A stretch of 64,000 nt of DNA, taken from the human T2T-CHM13v2.0 reference genome, Homo sapiens. The stretch lies in assembly GCF_009914755.1 (NCBI RefSeq), contig NC_060932.1; one strand, written 5' to 3'. A program made the position numbers and the translations under genes. Of the stretch, positions 56,471 to 64,000 are shown one piece after another. The notes beneath the pieces are model-generated. The model saw nothing but the letters and a program-made list of their open reading frames with translations, was not told the DNA's origin and searched no databases. Position 1 is the first letter of the stretch. The number at the start of each line of letters is the position of its first letter.

Positions 56471-59370
56471 AGTTGTGAAGTCACCCTCAATATTTCCCAA
56501 GTCTTCAAAGGAATTGAGACACTATAATCATTACCCAGGACTCCACGCTTGTCAAATTTGTTGATGACCTCCTACTTTGCAACCAAACTGAATAGAATGC
56601 TTGTATAGACTCCCTAATCCTTCTGAAGGTACTGACTGAGCAAGGCTACAAAGCCTCCAAATCTAAATGTCCATGGGTACAGACAACTGACTTATTTAGG
56701 CCATAAAGCATCTCGGAGCACTAAAAAACTCACAGTAAAATATCTTGAAGGAATTTTGACAATCTTTTCTTAAGAAGAAAGAAAAAAAACCAGAAATTTT
56801 TAGAGGCAGCTGGTTATTGCCATCAATGGATTCTTAATTTTGCCATCCTAGCCAAGCCTTTATATGTTTTCCTCTCAGGTATAACCTCAGAACCCCTTTT
56901 ATGGCCCTCTGAGACACTGGCCTCCTTTGAAGCATTAAAATAAGCATTATCTACACCCCCAGCTCTCAGTTTATCCAATTTTGACAAACCTTTTCAACAA
57001 TATTGCCATGAAATTAATGAGATTGTTGCTAGTATTCTAGAACAGCCGTTTGTCTCTCAATTACTTTTTATGGCATATTTCTTATTTCGATCAACCCTGT
57101 GACATCAGGCATGCCTCCATGCCTGTGTGCGAAAGCCACAGCTGCCACCCTAATGGAAAAAGCCTTTATTCTTACATTAGGCCTCCCTACTCACCTCTAT
57201 GTTACCCTTGATGTGTCAGCGCTCTTACAAGCTCATAAAACACAGCACCCTCTTTATACAATGGCAGACCACTGATGAACAGGACCTATTAACAATTCTC
57301 TCTCTATTGTATCATTGTAACACCCTGAACCGTGCTATTCTATTACTCCTCCTTGATGATGGACAGCCCATTCTATTCTACGTGATTCCTTTGTAGCTAT
57401 ATAAATGGTCTCAAAACTATGATTTTTTAGACATCTTCTTAGACAGTCCAGACTTCTGTTTTGTCATGGCTGTCAAGCAGAATTCTCACCGATACATAGT
57501 AACTGACTGTGCCATGGTTTCCTTAAATGAAACACTTGAGACAAATTCTGCCTTCTATATAATCAGCCTGAACCACTGAGTCTAGATCTTACACGAGCCT
57601 TGGCAAAGAGAAAACTGACACTATTTACACTTGAGATGTGCTTTGGACTCTGCCATACTGTTGGCTGTATTGAAAAGTCCCGTTTCTGACCTCTGCTGGT
57701 ACCCCTATTGCCAATGGCCATGTAATTGTTAACCTATTACGCCTATTCATCTTCTAATTGAGGTTGCTTTTGTTTATTGTTGGCACATGCCAAGGAGACT
57801 GACACTGTATCTCTGGTAGACAATACGTCTGACAAAGCTGCCAAACATGAACCCCCAACTCTGGCAATAACCCATTTTTTAACCCAGCTTACAACCCTGC
57901 CTTTAACACTTACTGACGTCAATAATATTTGGCAGATACCCTACAATGAAAAAAAAGGCTGCAAGAAGATTCCAGACAATTGTTAGAAGGATTATACGTT
58001 GGACCAAATGGACTTCCTATAGTCCTTTATCTTTTATTGTTTTGTGCTTCTATTTATTGCCCATCAAATGGAATATATGTGTAAAGAAGGGCAAATCAAA
58101 GAGGTAAATGACAGTGATTTTGCCCTGGAATCCACAGAATTTCTGATCAAATTATTTACCAATGTATTACTTGTAAATCTTATGATATTTCTGGATGTAA
58201 GTAGCATACCCCATGAAATCCTCTGAGACCCACATTCCCTTTGCAACACTCCTGGTGGACTTTATAGATTTCCCTCAGGATTCAGGTTATTCTCATTATA
58301 GGTTGACTATACCTAATCTGAAAATCCAAAATCTGAAATGATACAAATCCAAAACGTTATGAGTGTTGTCATAATGCTCAATGGAAATGCTCATGAAAGC
58401 ATTTTTTATTTAAGGTCTTTGGATTAAGGATGCTCATCCAGTAAATATGATACAGCTATTCCAGTGTCCAAAACTATCCCAAATCTGAAACACTTCTGGT
58501 CCCACCCAAGCATTTCAGATAAGGAATACTCAACTCATAATTGGTGATTACCTGCACAGTTAGTAGATGGACTGAGTACTATCCAACTAGACATGCTGAT
58601 GCCACATGGTAGTAATGAAAAAAAAAATTGAGATTATTCTTCATTTTGGCATTACTTAATGTATTAAATCAGACCAAGGAACTCACTTAACAACAGAAGT
58701 AAATCACATGTTCACAAAAACTCTAGGATAGTCATTAAAATTCTATACTCTTTACCATCCTCAGTCCTCAGAGAGGTGGAATGTGATAATTTAGACAGCA
58801 AAAGAACTATAAAATATGTCAGTACAATAGACCTAAGTGGCCAGAAGCATCACCCCTGACCCCAATAAAATCTGGAAAACCCCAAACAAGAGAGATGGAT
58901 TAACTGCTTTTTGAATAATTTTTGATAGCTTTATGCCTATTAGCATCTCCAAACTTTTTGTTCCTGAAGTGAGTGAGCATTATGGGGACCTGAGTGAAAG
59001 GTTCAGTATTATGACTAGATATCTAAAAGAACTATCTCTTGTACTTGGAGCTTACCATTAACAGGCAAAAAAGTCATGGCCATTGTCTACCAACAAGCTT
59101 TCTATCCCTTTTGACCAAGCTATCAAGTATACATCAAAATTTTGACAAGAAAGCATACACTGTCATCTTTCTGGGAAGTACCTTGTGAAGCATTGCTGAA
59201 CACCTACATGGCCATCAAAATAAAAAGAAATATTTCCTGGATTCATGCAAGTCATGCCAAGCTAGACCCAGATCATAATTTCCAGAAAAATTGAAAAGCT
59301 ATTCTTACAGCTGACTTCAAACCAAGGATTTTCAGGGCCAATTCACAGGGTCCCAAAGCAGATGACAACA
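56471..59370 (+). pseudogene. pol: Degenerate class I ERV pol (MER34-int-like): RT C-half, RNase H, integrase
   Basis: FVDDLLLC (about 56557-56580), GYKASKSK, FLEAAGYCHQWILNFAILAKPLY, PPALSLSNFDKPF, SDQGTH, YHPQSS, WIHASHAK. Confidence 0.85.
58299..58537 (-). mobile_element. Tigger4a/MER46-type MITE inside the integrase
   Basis: Degenerate TIRs taggttgactatacctaatctgaaaat ... atttcagataaggaatactcaactca with flanking TA. Confidence 0.85.
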
Positions 59371-59577
59371 TAAAGTGGACTATTTTTTCCAATATCTTGG
59401 ATCAAGAACTACCTTTCCACCTATTTTCCCTTGATATCTTTCTCTTCTCTGACCAAAGGAAAAAAAAGTAAATAAAAACCTTAAAAACCTCTTTGAGCTT
59501 TAAACAGAAACCTTCCCCTTTATTTATTGATGGACTGTCTAGAGATTGCTACTTTTTTCTTCTTCTGTTTCTTCACA

Positions 59578-61305
59578 ATGAGATATTTTCTAAACTGTGT
59601 CTTGCTTCAACTAACCCTTATGGCTTTTTTTGACAATTCTAGCATAAATCCAGCACCTACTCGCGCCAGTCTTCTAAACACTGGCAACTTTCATCAATCC
59701 GAATTTTGGTTATGTCAACATATCGGTATACAGAAGAAGCTAACTAGTTTTTGTTTCTGCCAATGCAAACACCTGGTGGACACAGACTGGACTATGGATG
59801 TACAAAAGGGTATGGTATCTACAAACAGGAAGACAAAAATCATGCCACCTCTCTTTCTGGTAAACTGATTTGGCGCTTGGAAAATTCCATGGAAGCTCAA
59901 GTTCTATTCTTTGTTCAGGTGATGTTATTGAATGGACAAATTTCCCTTTTCATTGGAAACAGAAATGGTACTGGACCCTTTCTAGGTAAGATACCATGAC
60001 AACACTGAAATCAAACCATGGGGTAATTTCAAACCCTGCAGAAATGTCATAGATGGTTCTATTACTAACTTTTAAGATACAAGCATTTGTATGGTCACTG
60101 GGTGTCACTCTTGGTTTATGGGCCATGCTAGCAGGATCTGGAATAGCTTAGCTGTTTCTCTGATCAGGCTGCTTATTCTAAAAAATCGTATGTGGGTAAA
60201 CCAAAATTTTTTATTAACTTGGTTAGGTGGTAAAAGTGATTTTCATAACTGCCAAGATCAGGCTGTAGGTCTTCTCTAGGAAATATTTTACAACTTCTTT
60301 TGCTCTTACATCCTGATAGAGACACATGTAAATAGAGAAGCACAGATCCAACATAACTGGTGACAGAGGTTGTGAAAGACATCAGATCCCAACTTCGTGA
60401 GTCACAGTTTCCCCTCTGACCTTGTTCATGAACAACACTAGTTTCTGCATTTCAAGGGGCAAAAAAGTATATATTAATAAAGTGTTTCTACTTAAATGCT
60501 GAGGGCAATGTGAATTTGTATACCTGGCACCCTCCTTCACGGGGAATTGTACGTTAAATGCAAGCTAAATTGCAAATCTGAGCTCCTATGTTCATAAGAT
60601 AACACCACATGGATGTACTCAATGAGACATCATAGAAAACCCACTTGTGTCTTACAGCTCCAACCTCTATTTAGTGATGAAGACCTTTTTTCCAAGTTTT
60701 GAAACATATGATTTAGAAAGAATGATGGTAGATATTTCCAAAGTAATACAACCAATATGCAATAACACGTAAAGTCTCTAGGAGCACTCCAATTGGGAGT
60801 TAAAGTTTAGCTTCTGATGCGCTCCAAAATTGTCCCATTCTGGATACACTGAAGTATTCGGAATGAGACAATTTTGGAGCACAACAAAAGGTGGAACTTG
60901 AGCAATTATGGGAAAACAATGCTGCTTTTATGTAAATCACACAGGAAAAATTGTGTCAAATTCACACCTTTGGGAAAAAAAGGTTAATATTCTTCATCAA
61001 ATAAATGAGGCATAGTCTTTAACTAGGCTGACCTATTCCCAAGATGGGGAGACAGGTTCAGTGGGGTATGGGGCATTGTGCTTAGATTTATTATTTTCTG
61101 CTTATTCATCCTTGTTCTAATCTATGTTCTTCTCTCCCTTTGCAGATCTCTTGCCTCACAGCTTCTAACCCAAATCTTATTTCTACAGCAACCAACACAG
61201 CTTCTCGTTTGTAAAACTTCTCAAGATGTTTCAAAATGGAAGAAATACCAAAACCCACAAAGAATCCTTGAGTTGGTATGGTTATTTTTAGTTGAGGACA
61301 TTTGA
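59578..61305 (+). pseudogene. env: Full-span but disrupted MER34 env, homologous to HEMO/ERVMER34-1
   Basis: Signal peptide MRYFLNCVLLQLTLMAF, QHLLAPVF, FWLC, TWW..G.WMY.RVWY, SMEAQ, NRNGTGPFLGKIP, TPHGCTQ*D, LQNCPILDTL, GGT*AIMGKQCC, TM IFCLFILVLIYV; several stops and frameshifts. Confidence 0.85.
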
Positions 61306-61804
61306 GATTCCACAGATGCAGAAAAGAATCTTCTCAGAGCTTCCTTCTTCTGATTAAAAGCAGCCACTTCTGGGAAATAAGGCTGGCATAAATCCTCTCT
61401 TGAGAGTGGCTTTACTCCCAGAAACAAGACCAAGGGTAAATCTACCATAAATCCCCTCTCCAGGGGAGTTTGATGGCCATAAAGAAGATGAAAAGAGTTC
61501 TCACACCTGCATAAACAAATGTTATCACAAACTTTCTTATCTCTTGTTTGTTCTCCCAAAAAACTATTTGTCTTTCCTAAAGAAATCCATTTGTTTTCCT
61601 TATAGAAGTCTTTTCTCCCGGCTTGCTTCTCCTATTAAGTTAGATATATAAACTTCTAATTTAACTTTTAGGAAACTACTTCTTTTGTAAGCTCTTGTAT
61701 GCAAATAAACTGTTTTATTCTCTTGTTAATGTGTATTTTCACAGCATATCCTCCACCCAGATCCTGAATTTGAGAGGGTAGAGGAAAAGTTTTCCTCTCC
61801 AACA
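61303..61804 (+). mobile_element. MER34-family 3' LTR
   Basis: TG start after env, tatataa and aataaa, end gagagggtagaggaaaagttttcctctccaaca typical of the MER34 group. Confidence 0.7.
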
Positions 61805-63589
61805 CTTTCGTTCTCTGTCAATGGCTTCACTGGATTGCTAGTCTTCCTATTAAAAGCGGCAATTTATTCTTCCAAAGTTAGTTTCTAAATAATATTCCAT
61901 AGAATTTTCTTTTTAAATAACCAGGTAATACCTACGTTGACATCAAGAGAGCACCATGGTCAGTAATTTTAATACCCCAGGAACATACTTTTAAGTATAC
62001 ATTGTTTTTCAACCAATATTGGAAAGGGAAAGTTCCAAACCATACTAATTGGACCTACATTGAACATGGTAAATTCCTCCTCAAATAGTTGCTAATGGTT
62101 TGCTGGGACAGTACTTCCCATCTGTAATAACTCTTAAAATTAAATTACTAATATCTTTGGATTTCTGGATCATCTTTTACTTAATATCCAAAAATAAATT
62201 GTGAGGTTTTTTTAAATGCCTGGGTAAAATTCTGAAATAGTAGTTTATTTCAATTTTGATAGCTGCTGAGATTCACACTAGCTTTTCTTCAGTCGACACA
62301 GTAAACAATAAAACTTCAGCAAAACTGGAAAATATAAGAACCCCCAATATATAGTCCCCCAAAGGATCCAGCAGGTTATAGAGTCCAAAGCCCTTATTTT
62401 ATAAATGAGTAAACTGAAGACAAAAGCACCAATGTAGTTGCTTGAAGGTTATAAAATGGCAGGGATACATGTATGTGTATATATATATATATATATAGCT
62501 CCTTAAAATGTAGACTTTTGAAAGATCAGAGGATTTGAATATGTTTACATGTCAAGTGATTTTCTAAAGCTCTGGCTACTGAATTGGCTCTGAGTCAGCA
62601 TGGCCCTTTGCCATATCAAATAAGAAAAATCACAAACAGATGACTAACTTACATAATGCATTTCTTTTGGAGCGAGGTCCTTGGCAACAGGAAAGGGTAA
62701 TAGTGATTTTAAACATTGACTCTTCAGTGAAGAAGGTCACTGTGTGGTCATGGATGAGGAAAGTAATAAGATAATGTTGATGGCTTTTCTGACTTAGCAT
62801 GCCTACAAGAAATCAGAATTCTGGGTGATGACACAGTCTGTCTATCTTAAGTAATCTTAACTGGGCATCAGGCCATCAATCTTGAAAACATAGGTTAAAG
62901 CTCTTTGAACATTGATTATAACTAAGAGCAGCTGACTTTTTCACTGCACCATAAACCTCTTATGACTCTGACTCATCAGATGATTTGGAAAAGGTGTACT
63001 CACTGACAAAGAAAAAGAGAAAATATAGATGAGTTAAGTCACTTTAGTCCCAGAGGAGGACAACTGAGCATTAATAACATTTTAGAATTTATTTTCTGCC
63101 TGGGGTCAAATGACCAATTTCAGACAGCATTTCAAATTCTTTTTTTCAGCATGGCAGAGAAAAGTACATCAGAGCCTCACCAGAGCCTGAATACTTTCAA
63201 CCCAGTTGAATAGTTTATGCAATTAATTATGGCTTTTAATAGAAATGTATTCACTTTTACCTTGAGAGGATGAGAGGACATCCTAGAATATGGGTCAAAG
63301 TCCTATAACCAACACCTATGTGATAAATGGATTTACTACATTAGGTATTTAGTCCCTAACTTGGCATTCTACCTCCTTCATCACCAAATTTTATTTCTTC
63401 ACCAGTACTCTTTCTCAAACCATTACTCAATGACAATTCAGGCCATATAAACTCAAACTTTTGTGATCTGCATGTCTATGCTTTAAGTTTCACTCTTTAC
63501 CGTTCTGTCACTTTAATAAATATTGATATAGCATTCCCAACCCAAATTGTACATCCTTTGAAACTTTGACTAAATGGGTAATAATTATG

Positions 63590-64000
63590 ACAATATTTAT
63601 AATAAATAATTATAAGAGCATATTATCAGCAATTGTATTCCACAAAACTGGATTATAAAGAAAAACTGAAAAATTCCTGAAAACACATAAATTAGTGAAA
63701 CTGGCTCAAAAAGAGATAGAACATCTCAACAGACCTATACTAACTAAAGAGATTGAATCAATAATTAGAAACCTTCCATCAAAGAAAAGCCCTGGACCAG
63801 ATGTGTTCACACGTGAATTCTAACAAAGAGTTAAAGAAGAATTAATATGCATCTTTCTTAAACTTTTCCAATAAATGGAAGAGGAGGAAACATTTTCTAA
63901 TTCATTTTATGAGGCCACCATTACTTGGATACCAAAGCGAGATAATAAAATAACAAGAAAATAAAATTACAGACTAATATCTCTTACAAATATAAATGCA
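63590..64000 (+). mobile_element. Old L1 ORF2 fragment running off the window
   Basis: KKSPGPD, NSFYEA, KENYRLISL motifs. Confidence 0.85.

Noticed and set aside
59578-61305. Calling this the ERVMER34-1/HEMO gene itself
   Set aside because: Multiple stops and frameshifts and many amino-acid differences from the recalled HEMO sequence indicate a separate provirus
55915-61804. Complete two-LTR provirus
   Set aside because: The two LTR-like ends show no visible similarity and gag/pro are absent

Overview
AT-rich, repeat-dense human DNA. I recognise no cellular protein-coding exon, tRNA or rRNA gene; the species call rests on a full-length L1 with the human-specific pre-Ta 3'UTR diagnostics. 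Main contents: (1) a full-length pre-Ta L1HS (32644-38693, +, 17-bp TSD) with an open 1275-aa ORF2 but nonsense codons in ORF1 (S50*) and ORF0 (R61*), lying tail-to-tail with a 1.4-kb older L1PA; (2) a deleted HERV-K11/HML-8 provirus (17386-23553, -) inserted into an AluY with a 6-bp TSD, retaining only 11 bp of its 5' LTR and carrying an LTR2B-type solo LTR in gag; (3) an ancient 5'-truncated MER34-type provirus (about 56470-61804, +) whose full-span but broken env aligns along its length with HEMO/ERVMER34-1 and has a 30-bp hairpin in its immunosuppressive domain; (4) an ERV-L pol fossil, old L1M pieces (one twin-primed), Alus, MaLR LTRs, two Tigger-family DNA transposons and microsatellites. 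I found no convincing new biological system; the strongest leads are the HEMO-like env fossil, the ORF2-only L1HS and its inverted-repeat context, and the nested HML-8 provirus. Family assignments come from recalled consensus sequences and were not confirmed by any search; boundaries of old elements are approximate.
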